IMG/VR virus record: IMGVR_UViG_3300044675_005263
Location: 1-64,000 of that record
Direction: 5' to 3' (one strand)
From: a virus
Length of the DNA stretch: 64,000 nucleotides
Both the position numbers and the translations under genes were made by a program. Each line of letters opens with the position of its first letter. Position 1 is the first letter of the stretch. Below the pieces are notes generated by a model. That model worked only from the letters and a program-made list of their open reading frames with translations. It did no database searches and had not been told where the DNA came from. This document shows, piece by piece, positions 39,381 to 50,673 of the stretch.

Positions 39381-39419
39381 TCTAATCTTATCATAATCGG
39401 TGTAACTACTTTTTTACCC

Positions 39420-39725
39420 CTAGCCATTAAAACAATCGGGACACTCTACTTCTCTAGTAGTCCCAGCTAGTTCTGCTTTCATTTTTCCAGCACCGTAACA
39501 AGTCTCGCAGTTCGGGTCGCCTTCATCAAGAATTCCTATATGGTTTGAAACAGACTCAACGTCCCAACCGTAGTGCTCCCTCATCAACTGACTAGCTACT
39601 CTAAGACAAGCGTCCTCGTAGACTTCGCCATCTTTTACCCCTTCTTCGGGAACGCCTACCGTAACCATCATTGAGAAATAATCCCCAATAAACATAACGG
39701 TGCGAGTATCCATAACCTTATCCAT
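39420..39725 (-). CDS. Hypothetical protein with CxxCxGxG..CxxC zinc finger
   Basis: CETCYGAG, CPDC. Confidence 0.7.
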   Translation of the reverse strand: MDKVMDTRTVMFIGDYFSMMVTVGVPEEGVKDGEVYEDACLRVASQLMREHYGWDVESVSNHIGILDEGDPNCETCYGAGKMKAELAGTTREVECPDCFNG

Positions 39726-39815
39726 TTTTTACCCCTACCTAATTAGTGTGAGCAGTTTAGCAACTTACTCAGGTTGTTGAGACGGCGACTAGTCTAGTGT
39801 GCAACCGCCTCAAAC

Positions 39816-40136
39816 TTATGCGTAGTCCTCGTCTGTCCCATACCCTGCGCTCGCAAGAGTATCGGCATCTGCTTCTACGTCATTCATTTCGTAAGCCTCT
39901 TCGTCCATTCCGAAAGCAATCTCAGCGCTGTGCCATTCTCCCGTTGCTTCGTCAAGGATATTCTCCTCAATACTCCAATCGGCTTCGTCCCAGCGAACCT
40001 CGTCCTTCATAACCTCGGCGATTTTATCTACGAACCTCTGCATAACCGCTTCGGCTTCTTCGGCACTATTAGCAATAATCTCTACCATTGAGATAGTAAG
40101 GGCTTGCCCTGTGCAGTAATACTTATTTTTGTTCAA
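39816..40136 (-). CDS. Acidic hypothetical protein
   Basis: Promoter 40165-40183; ends DTLASAGYGTDEDY. Confidence 0.75.
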   Translation of the reverse strand: MNKNKYYCTGQALTISMVEIIANSAEEAEAVMQRFVDKIAEVMKDEVRWDEADWSIEENILDEATGEWHSAEIAFGMDEEAYEMNDVEADADTLASAGYGTDEDYA

Positions 40137-40195
40137 CTTCTTCTCCCTTGTTTGTTGTATCGGTATCCTATCATACCTTCCTGCATTTCGTTAAA

Positions 40196-40780
40196 TTAGA
40201 AACCTCTCGGTGGTCTTTTAAACTCTCGATCTAAAACTTCTAGGCTGAGCAACCCACCTTTAGAATAATCTCGGTCAAGTCTTGTCGTTCCTTTTTTTCT
40301 TTTGAGCCTATTTTTCTCACTGTTGGCTCTATTACAAGTTATGCAGTATCTACCTTTATAGAGTTTTCCAGTAGGTTGAGTGCTCCAAGTAGAAAGAGAA
40401 AACCCTGTATTTCTTGAATTGTATTCGTGTCCTTGAGGGCAGTGAGTGATTTTTGCGTATCTTTCTTTTGAAACTATTGCGGTGCGAATAAAACCTTTTT
40501 TGATCGCTTCTTTTCTAACCAACTTTTCTAAGTGATAAGGATTAACACACTCGGCAATACCGCAGGTCGGCATTAGTATTTCTAACTTAGTGGGGTAATT
40601 TTGGTCTGAATTGTATGCTTGCCAGAAAATAAATCTCGGGTTCATTCTATAATTATGGTCTTGATAGAAAGGAACATTGGTGTTACTAGTCATAGCCCCT
40701 AGCCATAGCCAGCAATTTTCGGTTGTCCATTTATTCGGTATTAAAACTTTTTGTATTAACTCTTTACTTCTAGTAGGCAT
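40196..40780 (-). CDS. HNH (His-Me finger) endonuclease-like protein
   Basis: CWLWLG, C..AECVNPYHL, KITHCPQGHEY..RYCITC; the usual catalytic His before TC appears replaced. Confidence 0.7.
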   Translation of the reverse strand: MPTRSKELIQKVLIPNKWTTENCWLWLGAMTSNTNVPFYQDHNYRMNPRFIFWQAYNSDQNYPTKLEILMPTCGIAECVNPYHLEKLVRKEAIKKGFIRTAIVSKERYAKITHCPQGHEYNSRNTGFSLSTWSTQPTGKLYKGRYCITCNRANSEKNRLKRKKGTTRLDRDYSKGGLLSLEVLDREFKRPPRGF

Positions 40781-40850
40781 CTTTTCCCTTTTCTCTCACT
40801 CCCTTAGTGAGTCCCTTTGAAAACCAAGTTTATCATACCTTCCTGCATTT

Positions 40851-41529
40851 TCATACTTTAGGGCAATCGGCATAAGGGTTTTCACTTCCCTCGTTGTCCT
40901 CGCAACCGCACCAATTAAATCTTTCTACCTGCGTGGCGTGAGTTAGTTCTGCCAACTCTCCCCAACTTATAGAGTCTTGACTACATTTATGATCGTGTCC
41001 CAAGTTTAGTAGCGTTGTATTTTCATCGGTGTTTAGCTCTTGATCACACTTACCGCATAGCGGAATAATTTTTTCCCTCACTGCGCCACCTCGCAATCGT
41101 GTCCGTAAGCGTATGCTTCACGAGTCATACTTACGCCACACTCTACGCATTTTATTAGCCATACATCTTTAGCGTAATCATAGTCGTCCGTTATTTTCAT
41201 TTTTTACCTCTCCCTAGTTATGGACTCGGTGGGGAGTCGTATTGTTTCCGACCCTCTAGAGTTCAAGCCGTTCAGGTGTCCAGCGACTTCCCCCCACCGA
41301 GATACCTCAATCCTATCATACCTTCCTGCAAAAACAAAACCCCCACGCCATAAGCGTGAGGGCTTGCCGTAATCTTTTTACCCCGCTAAATAAACTCGGT
41401 CAAGTCCCTATCACTTATCTCGCTTACATCTACGCCTTCGGCTTCAGCGATAGCGTCCCAGAGATCAGCTTCGGTAAAGTCCCCCTCGGGCTTCCACTCC
41501 ATAAGTATAGATAGATAATCTTTCCCCAC
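40851..41529 (-). CDS. Three tiny ORFs (40851-41081, 41078-41200, 41386-41529)
   Basis: RBS or overlap coupling; two are Cys-rich. Confidence 0.55.
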
Positions 41530-41533
41530 TTTT

Positions 41534-41917
41534 TTACCCCTCTCCCTCTTCATCTTTTATAAGGGTGAACGAAAACCCAGCGCAATACTCGTCGTGGCTT
41601 GCTCGTGTTGCCGTAAGAACGGTGCCTTCTTGCTTGAACCGTAGAGTAAAGTCCCCGTTTATCTTTAGTGTGTCTAACACTTTATCGAAAGACACTACGG
41701 CTTCCCCTCTAACTTTGTCCCAATTCATATTGCTTCCCGTAATTCTTACGGTATTCCAATCCACGCCAACCGTCTTACGCCAAGTGTTCATCATATCTTT
41801 GAACAACCATACCGAGTCCTGCCAGCAATCAAAACAATCGGCGCTAGGCGTGCCGTCCTCGTTGGTGCAAGTGCAATCGCTTTTCATCTCAAGCGTAATC
41901 TTTTCCATTGTGTCCAT
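41534..41917 (-). CDS. Hypothetical protein (start MDTMEK)
   Basis: Promoter 41953-41971. Confidence 0.7.
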   Translation of the reverse strand: MDTMEKITLEMKSDCTCTNEDGTPSADCFDCWQDSVWLFKDMMNTWRKTVGVDWNTVRITGSNMNWDKVRGEAVVSFDKVLDTLKINGDFTLRFKQEGTVLTATRASHDEYCAGFSFTLIKDEEGEG

Positions 41918-42097
41918 TATCTTGCCTTTCCCTAGTTTGTTTGAACAAGATAATCCTATCATACCTTTCTGCAAATAGGGCTCTTCAACTCCATATTGTT
42001 TTTTCCGGGTCCTCTAGCTTCTCGGCCTGGATCCTTTTTTACCCCTCGCCACAAAAAAGAAAAACCCCCGCCGTAGCGAGGGCTTCTCTTACTTCCG

Positions 42098-42379
42098 TTA
42101 CGCCTTGCCACCTCGTTTGCGATAGCGACCCAACGCTTCATCTAGTGTTGAGCAGTAATCACCGTTTTGAGCAACGAACCCGTTTTCAGTAGCAAGGACA
42201 TTCCATACTACGAACGGCATACCTTCGATAGCAAAATTGACGAATACCGCTACCCAAGAGGCATACAATCCCTGTGTCCGTTCGCCTGTCTTTGTAACCG
42301 CTATGGCAATACGCTCGTTGATAAACTCGCCAGCCTTGAACTCAATCAAGTCTTTAGGCACTTCATTTTGTGTAAGCAT
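42098..42379 (-). CDS. Hypothetical protein (start MLTQNE)
   Basis: Promoter 42417-42435, AAAGGGAG RBS. Confidence 0.7.
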   Translation of the reverse strand: MLTQNEVPKDLIEFKAGEFINERIAIAVTKTGERTQGLYASWVAVFVNFAIEGMPFVVWNVLATENGFVAQNGDYCSTLDEALGRYRKRGGKA

Positions 42380-42546
42380 TTCTCCCTTTCTTACTAGCCG
42401 TCTTGCTAGTGGAGCAAGCCTATCATACCTCTCTGCACTTTCATAATCGAACCGCTTCCTGGATCCTTTTTTACCCCTGCCCCTTGCCAAAAGAAAAAAC
42501 CCCCACCTTTCGGTGAGGGCTTTTGCCTTGCTAAGTAATAGGGAGA

Positions 42547-42942
42547 TTACTTTGCGGTTAGGACAGGATACTCCGTAGTCTTTGCTACCAAGTCAAAAAT
42601 CTCTCGGTAGTCATTGAACAAAATATCTCCGTCAAAATCGGTGCGTTCCCTTAGGTCAATCTTGACTCGTTCCTCGCCAGCGACAAGCCCAACTTCTGCT
42701 TCGCCAACCCACTTATCTTTCTTATTGACCTTTATTTTTTCCCAACCCATAAGGGCGTAAATCTCTGCCTTGATTTTTTCCAACTCGGCAGTTTGCGCTG
42801 AAATCGTTTCAGAAATAGTTTTCTTTTTTGCGATTAGAGCGAGGACATTAGTTTCATCTAAAACTACTGCCTTCTTTGTTGTTGTTGTTGTTGCTACTGA
42901 CTTTACTTCTACTACTTCGTATGATACTTCGGTGTTAGCCAT
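42547..42942 (-). CDS. Coiled-coil hypothetical protein (start MANTEV)
   Basis: AAGGA RBS, terminator downstream. Confidence 0.7.
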   Translation of the reverse strand: MANTEVSYEVVEVKSVATTTTTKKAVVLDETNVLALIAKKKTISETISAQTAELEKIKAEIYALMGWEKIKVNKKDKWVGEAEVGLVAGEERVKIDLRERTDFDGDILFNDYREIFDLVAKTTEYPVLTAK

Positions 42943-43062
42943 TTGGCGTTTCCTTTTTCTCTTTGTCTTGTGTAAGTCCGAGCGATTTACCCGAACAAGT
43001 AGAACAATACACTCATCATAACCTTTATGCAAATCGTGGTGAGCGTGTCGTCAAATTATTTT

Positions 43063-46000
43063 TTATTGAGCCTCTGCGTGTTCGTAGAGTCCAGTATAGA
43101 TAATTACCTGACCTTCATTATCGTAGTCATATCCCACTCTTTGAGATAGGGCTTCTACTAGGTATGAGGTAGAGATAGCCCAGCGTGAGAACGCATAGCC
43201 AATTCCCCCACCAATAATCATCATCAGTAAAGTGAAACCATTGAAAAACATTTTTACCTCTTTCCCTTCGTCATTTGGTATTGCTAGGCAAGCCTATCAT
43301 ACCTTCCTTCAATTTTCGACAATCTCCACCTCAAACTCGGTAGAGCGTGCAAGGTCGTGTCCATACTCGTTTTGTAGCCAATCAAGGGCTTTTACCTCTG
43401 CCTCTCTTTGAGTATCGGCTTCTAGCTCCGTTCCAAAATGAGATACATAAGTAGCCTTCCAACTCTTACTCATTTACAACCTCATTTACTAAATCAACAA
43501 AAAGTTCGGCGGCATCACTCTGAAAACTCCACTCGCCGTCATCATACTTAGCAACAACTTCTCCCCATTGAGTATCCGTTAGTTCTTTCAGTTCGTCAGT
43601 TTCGTGGTCGTAGGCATAGTCCTCTACCGTTTCCTTATCCCAATAGGCGACTATCAACTCTTGCTCGCCGTCATACGCTTGCAACTGCTCAACCAAGTCT
43701 TTGACCTTCATGCCGTTACTCCCTTATCTTGATCCGTTTTTACCCCCAGCGTGTCTCGCCGTGTAGGTCTAGGCTCGTGTGCGGAGTTTGTTCCATCCCA
43801 TCCGCACACATCACCACCCGTTAGGTCTACCCACCAGCCAGCCTTATCTAGCCGTATGCCGTAGCCACAGAACTTGCATAGTCTCATTAGTAAGAGGCTC
43901 CTAGTTTGTCGGGATTATTTACTGCGTATTCCACGCCGTTATCGTATCCAGCATAATAAAGACTCTCTAGCCGTTCGGCTAGAACCTTTACCGCCTTATC
44001 CATATCGGACATGCTTGCCTCGAAATACATTATTTCCTCGGCTTGTTCTTTTACATCTTTACGAACTTGTTTTTTTGTTCTCATCTTTGTATCACCTCCG
44101 TCATTTGTTGAGCAAGTTTATCATACCTTTTGATTATTCTGTATCTTTTTCTTGACGGATAACATTTACTGCGTTCATAAAAGTTTCTGCTCGAACTTGA
44201 TTGAAAACAAAGTCGTTCGTCCAAAGTCTAAGAAACCTTATCCATTGTTCTTCCGTGATTTCATATCCGAGTTCAGCTTCGACATCTGACTTACACCAAA
44301 CGCCCCAATGAACAAGTTCATTTGGGTCAAACTCCTGAGCAATAAACTCAGCAACTTGATCAGCGGTGAGGAACTCAGCATCTTCTTCTAGTTCTTCATC
44401 ATCTATCTCTATGTTATTTTCATCTTCCATTTTTTATATCACCCCCTTTTTTTCATCTCAGTTTTACCCCTAGTTCGTGCCGACCCAAGTTATCTAAAGT
44501 TTCTTGGGCAATCTCGATAATCCGTTCTAGGATTTTCGGAGAAATCATATGTTCCAACACGACAGGCTCCTCGCCTTCTGTGTGGTCATGGACAAAGAGA
44601 ACAACATTTCCTGCTTCCGAATAGCCGAAGCCAATCGGATAGGTAGAGGTCATAAAATCTAAGTGCATGGTGTTATCAGACATTGGTGCTATCAGGGTTC
44701 CCTTTGGTAGAACCTGCTTTTTGACTTTTGCCATTTGGCTTTTTCCCTTCGTCATTTGTGGAAGTATCATAGCAGTTTTAGTGGTGGAAATCCACCGCAA
44801 CCATAAATTGTTTTTTTGGGTCTTTCTCAATGCGCTCGTGTAGGTATTGCAGATTTGCGGTGCCAGCCTCTAGGTCAAACATGGCACTATCGTAAGTCCA
44901 GTAGTCGGCAAGTGTTGAGCCAATGGTTCGCAAGTAATGACCGTCCATGCCTAGATTATAGTTATTGACTATGGGTTTGTAATCGGCAATTAGATCAGAA
45001 ATGTTCTCTCTACCTTCTAAGTAAGACAACGCTCTTTTCATATTGGCAACTCGGTATTCAGAGAACTCTTTTATCACTTCGTTCCACTTCTCAGGGTCGT
45101 TAGAATAAAGAATTACATCTGGCTCTCCTTCTCCAAAGAGTCCAGAGAAACGCCCACCTATCTCAGACCAATCAGACCAACTTGCCTCATCAAGTCTGCT
45201 ACCAACTGCGTCAATAGCGTCTTGGTGGTTCTCAGCTTCAACAAAAATCAACTGCACACTATGAGACATTTTTACCCCTACACCTTTCCCCAAGAACGGG
45301 CTTCGGTGTAAGGCTCTGCAACATACTCAGCCCACTTGATTAAATCACGGGGAAACTCACATAGGGCTTCTTGCTCTGCCAACTCTATCGCTTCGTCCTC
45401 TGTGTTGGCTTCGACTTCATAATAAATGTTGTTGTCCTCTGAGAGATACCCTCGCACTATCCATTTCTGCTTTTCCATTTTTACCCCTCTTGTTCGCTTT
45501 GTTCTAAGTTGGAAATGATTTCCTCAGGCGACATAAAATCTAAAAGGTCTAGGTGTGAAGTAAGTTCTACAACTTCGCACTCTCGGCACTCCTCTATTCT
45601 TTCCAGCCTTCTCAGCAGGGCTTCATCTCTTAGTGTTAGTTCCAAACCTTCCTCTATCTTGGAAAAAATAACTCTCATCTGTAAATGAAATCTTTTCATA
45701 TAGTCCAAAGAATTTTGGTATAACTCATTTGAAACTATGTCGTTTTCTTTGAGAATTTTCTCGTTGATTTTGCAGGTAGGTATCCACACAGTTTCATTAT
45801 CTATGATTAGTTGATAGCCATCATCAGAAGTTTTCTTTGAGATAGGTTCGTAACTGTGTCTGACTCTGCTAACTGCCATGCTGTGAATACGAGTTCTCTT
45901 TTTCATTTTCTCCCTTTCGTCGTTTGATAAAGCCGAGCCTATCATACCTTTCTGCTAATCCAAAACTAGAATTGCGTCTTTCTGCAAAATAGGTTTTCCC

Positions 46001-46849
46001 TCGTTCTCAATGTCGCAAACATTTACTATGTGTTCAGCGACAACCACCTTCGCACTTTCTACTGCTTCGTCAATGGTGTGGGTAACTTGATCTAAATGGT
46101 TGCCATTTTGGTAGAGGTCAAACCAGTTGTTATGCACCCAGTAGTAATCCTCATCGTCGTGGGTTGCTTCAAGCTTCTCGTCCGAGTCTAAGTCCGAGCG
46201 TATGAAATCATTTGGTGAGCAGAGGTCATAGTAGTAATCCTCACCCGCTTTGTATTTTAGGTGGGTATCCCCGTCAGCATAAACATCTACTTGGTATCCG
46301 TCTATCTCTATGCTTGCAACCCAACCACGGTCAAAGAACACGCTCTCTGTCCGTTTAGGGTGAGGTGTTTCGTTATAGACAATCTTGTATTCATACAGAC
46401 CCGACTCCACGGTTTTACCCCTCGCCGTTTGCTTGCCGTAAGAACTCGCCAATCTTGTCCGATAGGTCATAGTCAAGATCAACTTCGGCAGGGTCGTCAA
46501 AGTTAGTAGTTCTCCAAACCCCCTCACCAGTTTCAAGGTTGGTGTATTCATAGACCACGCCGTCTTGGAAGTGTGCGTTTAGTGTTTCGTCCTCGGCACT
46601 CCACTTCTTTGTTTCCGTGTTGTATGAAAGTAGAAAATGTATCTCTCTCATTTTTTACCCCCGCTCAATCGAATAAACGAGTTTAGTTAAATCTATGCTA
46701 TCTCTCTCGTCAGGGTGTATTAACTCTGCCCACTCATCTCGGCAATCAAGGCAGACCCAATCAATCCAATCCGAGCCTGTATCTATTACTAGGCAGTTCT
46801 CGGTATCGCACTCACGGCAAGTCAAGCCGTGAAAAACTCTTACCTGCAT
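43063..46849 (-). CDS. Run of 13 small, mostly acidic ORFs (43063-43251, 43309-43473, 43466-43711, 43708-43887, 43887-44084, 44134-44430, 44453-44734, 44778-45269, 45278-45478, 45481-45906, 45955-46410, 46415-46651, 46655-46849)
   Basis: Head-to-tail ORFs with RBS or overlaps; no family recognised. Confidence 0.65.
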
Positions 46850-47140
46850 TTTTTCCCTTTCTCTCTTTGTAGCCCAACCCTATCATACCTATCCAAATAA
46901 TCATAGTAGGAACTCTGAATTATTTTTTCCTAAATGCACTCCTGCACCTCACGCTCAAAAAATTAAAAAAGGTGGCGGTCTGCCCGGAAGTAATAATTCA
47001 CACTTGCCGTAAAGCTTCACGATCAAAATTTACCCCCACAAAGTGAAAAGCCCCACCGAGTAGGTGAGGCTTCTCTAGTTTCTAATCGGGGCGACACATG
47101 CTGGGAAAAATACATACCCAATTAGAAATCCTATTCTAGG

Positions 47141-48919
47141 TCAAGCGACCTGCCTTTGCCCTGCGGTTGAGAGGACTCGCTCTGCGGTTCGCCCAATAGC
47201 CAACGCCGACTCTGTGGGGCTGGTAATCCCTGCCACCACCTGAGCATTTACGCCCTTGCAGAGATACTCTGCCTGTGCGCCTGAGTCGCCAATCGGAAGC
47301 CATAGAACTGCTACGCCATTTCGGGTGCAAGCCTTTAGCCAACGCTGAGCCAATTCGCTTTCCTCAGGTGTGTAATGTCCGTCCGACACAACCACGAGTA
47401 AGCGAGCGCCAGTTCCATTGAGAAGGTTGAGTGAGCCGTCCAATGAACGAAATGCTCGGTCGAACTTTTCAGTTCCGTCAGGTGCAGAATAAACTGAAAC
47501 TTCTTTTAGTCGCTGACCTGCTTTGAGTGTTGGGAAAACATCTGAGCCGTAATAAACCATAGCGCATTGACCCTGAACTCTACGAACTGCCTCAGACATA
47601 ATCCATGCAGTAGAAGCCATTGGTTGCATAGCACTAGACATTGACCCTGAAATATCAACCATTACTCCAACTGTGAGTGTTGGTTCGTCTGTGTGCTTGC
47701 GAACTGTTTTGCGAAAAGCCTCTGCTTGCTTATGAACTCCACGAGAAGCAAGTGCCTTGCTCTGAATAATTGCACGAGTGCGTAATCTCCCCGGAGGTGT
47801 AATGCTATTTACTTCTGTAATGTCCTTCTCACGATACTTTGCCTTTTCCAATGCACGAGCAATCTTTACTGTCGCACTTCTTTCAGAAGCAATAGGCGCT
47901 CTTTTCTCAATCAACTTAGAGGCAGTTCGGAATTCTCCGGGACCTGAACTCTTTGAGAATACTTGACGAGAGATTTCCTCATTTTTCTTTTGCTCTTTAG
48001 AACTCATTGACTTCTTTTCAGCAGACTCTTTCATAGCCTCTGAACTCTGTTGCTCTGATAAATCATCTGCAACATTTTCAGAAACTTCTGAGTCCATGTC
48101 TGCCATGAGTTCGCTCATCATCTTTGCGAAGGCTTCCATTTCCTCAGGAGTAGGTTCTCCCTTTTCTTTCTTTGCTTCTCTTACCAACTCAGCCCACTCA
48201 ACTGCTAATGGGTAGCAAGGAGAAATATCATGGTGGCGAGTGTGGCTTTGGAACTTCTCAATAATCGCAACCAACTTCGCAACTAGGTCAGCACCTAGAA
48301 AATCATTTACTTGCTTGATTAAATCTGTCGCTTCTGTTTCTAGTAATGACCCTGCAACGATACGAGCATGAGCCAATCCCACCAACTGGCAAGCAGACCC
48401 AACGCTAGAATTCTCTGCAAAAGTTTCTTTCGCTTCGTCAATAATTAAACCCATAGCACTTGCTCGTAGAAAGTTCTTTGCTCTAGGCATAGCAATAATT
48501 CCCTGTGCCTCAATGCGACCTTCCTCTAATAACATCAAAGCCTGAAACTCATCTTGCTTTAGGTCTTTAATTCCCTGAGCCATATCCCAAGTAGAAAACT
48601 TTGCGTGGAAGGCTTCGTGCATAATCGCACCAATCGCTTTTGGAAACTCGAATTGGTTGCGTGGCTTTGTAAGGTCGTCAATCAGATTAGGTGTAATACC
48701 TTCTCCAAAAGCCTCAATCGTATTTACCTGCACCTCAGCAAGTGAAGGGATAAAGCAAGCAGGTGCGCCTTCACCTTTGTCTGTGCCAATGCAAGCAACA
48801 ATGTCGCTTCGCTCAGACCACTCATTAACGAGCAATCCAATTTCGTATCCAACTGGTAGCCACTCAGTAGGTGTCTTGACCCCTGAGCCTTTTGTTTCTA
48901 GTGGCTTAATGTGTGCCAT
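47141..48919 (-). CDS. CobT-like VWA protein with N-terminal HExxH domain
   Basis: HEAFH..LEEGRIE, MIDAS DISGSMS, VVSDG. Confidence 0.8.
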   Translation of the reverse strand: MAHIKPLETKGSGVKTPTEWLPVGYEIGLLVNEWSERSDIVACIGTDKGEGAPACFIPSLAEVQVNTIEAFGEGITPNLIDDLTKPRNQFEFPKAIGAIMHEAFHAKFSTWDMAQGIKDLKQDEFQALMLLEEGRIEAQGIIAMPRAKNFLRASAMGLIIDEAKETFAENSSVGSACQLVGLAHARIVAGSLLETEATDLIKQVNDFLGADLVAKLVAIIEKFQSHTRHHDISPCYPLAVEWAELVREAKKEKGEPTPEEMEAFAKMMSELMADMDSEVSENVADDLSEQQSSEAMKESAEKKSMSSKEQKKNEEISRQVFSKSSGPGEFRTASKLIEKRAPIASERSATVKIARALEKAKYREKDITEVNSITPPGRLRTRAIIQSKALASRGVHKQAEAFRKTVRKHTDEPTLTVGVMVDISGSMSSAMQPMASTAWIMSEAVRRVQGQCAMVYYGSDVFPTLKAGQRLKEVSVYSAPDGTEKFDRAFRSLDGSLNLLNGTGARLLVVVSDGHYTPEESELAQRWLKACTRNGVAVLWLPIGDSGAQAEYLCKGVNAQVVAGITSPTESALAIGRTAERVLSTAGQRQVA

Positions 48920-49146
48920 GTCTTTTGTCCTTTTCCCTTTTAGTTTTGTATCGTGTGTCTAACGATAGGTCTATCATACATTTTTATTTATCTATATGCA
49001 ACTTTAGGTCTATCTGTGTCTAGGTCGGAAGGTGTGAATTTTGATCGTAGGACTCAAAGCTTCCCCTCGCTTTTACCCCCTTTGGTTATGGTGAGGACTC
49101 CACCCATGAAGCCCTCACCCAACCAAGTCAGCAATCTAATAGGGAG

Positions 49147-50205
49147 TTAGATTTTCGCTGGCTTATGCTCAGCGCCATAGGCACGAGCAATAACATCAAC
49201 CACCACATCTCTATCTAACTCAGGTGCGCTCGCAATCAAGTTAGCGATAGCAAACTCTGTGCCAAATAGTTCGGCAGTAGAACGGAAAGCAAGCAACTCT
49301 CTCATCTGAGGCGACCAAGAAATCTCGGCGCTATCGCCCTGAGTTCTCTTAAACAAGTTCTGAGCAACGCTCACCATTGTCTTTGGAACTCCCAACTTCT
49401 CAGCCAGTTTCCAATCTGTGGTGAGTTCTGCCTGAATTGCAAAACGAGATAGCAACGCTTCTGAAAGTCGAACTCCCGGAGCGTTAGGGTTGGTTGCACC
49501 CACTACGAAAAAGTTAGGGTGGATTTTGATAGTTCCTCTATCAGGGTTCATTGGAATTGTGAATTCCTTTCGTCCGTCCATAGCACCATAAGCAAATGAA
49601 AGAACTTTAGGGTCAATCAAACCAATTTCGTCAATCAAAAGTGGTTCGCCATTTTCTACTGCCTTTGTAAATTCTCCGTCAATCCACTCAAAGTTTCCAC
49701 TAGGTGTCTGAACGAAACTTCCCAAGAAATCTGAAACTTCTGTATCTCCACTTCCAATAATTGTGTGGAGAGTTTCATCAGCAAATGAAGCCTCAATGAG
49801 TGCAGTTTTTCCAGTTCCCGGAGCGCCATAGAGAAGGACGAACTGTGGGTCGCCAACTCCTTCTGAATTGTATTTTGAGGTGGCTTCTCTCGCTTTGCGG
49901 AGAACTGCTATGTCCTTATGAATTCCCCATTGGCGAGTGAAATACTTTTGTCCATTAGGACGAACATAAAATTCGTCAGCCTCGAAAGACTCGACATTTA
50001 CTTCACTAGGACTCATAGCACCAACTCTCTCTTTGGCTTTTCTGTCTGCGCCACTTGCTCGCTCAACGAAACGACCATTAGGTAATACTTTTGCATTTAG
50101 TCGGAGTGAAGTTTCCTCATGCACATTTTGCACTATGCACTCTGAAACGATATTCCAAAAGTCGCCCCCAATAGAAGCCAAACTCTCTTTGATAATTGTA
50201 TCCAT
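49147..50205 (-). CDS. MoxR/CobS/CbbQ-family AAA+ ATPase
   Basis: GAPGTGKT, LLIDE, IHPNF.VVGATNP, LSEALLSRF. Confidence 0.85.
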   Translation of the reverse strand: MDTIIKESLASIGGDFWNIVSECIVQNVHEETSLRLNAKVLPNGRFVERASGADRKAKERVGAMSPSEVNVESFEADEFYVRPNGQKYFTRQWGIHKDIAVLRKAREATSKYNSEGVGDPQFVLLYGAPGTGKTALIEASFADETLHTIIGSGDTEVSDFLGSFVQTPSGNFEWIDGEFTKAVENGEPLLIDEIGLIDPKVLSFAYGAMDGRKEFTIPMNPDRGTIKIHPNFFVVGATNPNAPGVRLSEALLSRFAIQAELTTDWKLAEKLGVPKTMVSVAQNLFKRTQGDSAEISWSPQMRELLAFRSTAELFGTEFAIANLIASAPELDRDVVVDVIARAYGAEHKPAKI

Positions 50206-50217
50206 TTTTATTGCCCC

Positions 50218-50673
50218 CTAAGCAATCTCAACAGGAAAGCCCAATGCTTTTCTGCTTTGGTTGATACGATAAACAACCTTGATAGGTGTTTCTCCCTTTG
50301 ATACTTCTGCCAAATCCTTCTGAGAAGTTTCGACTAGAAATGGCTCATTAACAATAGTCCAACCACCTTTAATAAAACCCTCGAAAATAGAAGTCAGATT
50401 TTCTATGCGCTTCTCAATGTAGGTTTCTCTATCTGAGTCAGCCAAATCCTTCACGCCAATTTCAGCGAGTTCTGTGGCTGGTCGTAGTGTTGTAGCAGAC
50501 CACAACTTCTTTGGTTTATCAGCAGATAACATGCGACGATAAACCTTTGCTGGAACTGGATTTCCTTCGGGAGAAAATCCGTCAGGAGTCATAAAGAACT
50601 CTGTGCGAAATCCCTCTTTAGAGAACTCAGCATAAACTGTGAGTCCTTGCACTTGCTTTGTTTTGTCTAACAT
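50218..50673 (-). CDS. Hypothetical protein co-transcribed with the AAA ATPase (start MLDKTK)
   Basis: AAAGGA RBS. Confidence 0.7.
   Translation of the reverse strand: MLDKTKQVQGLTVYAEFSKEGFRTEFFMTPDGFSPEGNPVPAKVYRRMLSADKPKKLWSATTLRPATELAEIGVKDLADSDRETYIEKRIENLTSIFEGFIKGGWTIVNEPFLVETSQKDLAEVSKGETPIKVVYRINQSRKALGFPVEIA

Noticed and set aside
41225-41301. Hammerhead ribozyme (CUGAA...GAAAC)
   Set aside because: Core lacks CUGANGA and I could not build stems I/III with a cleavage triplet
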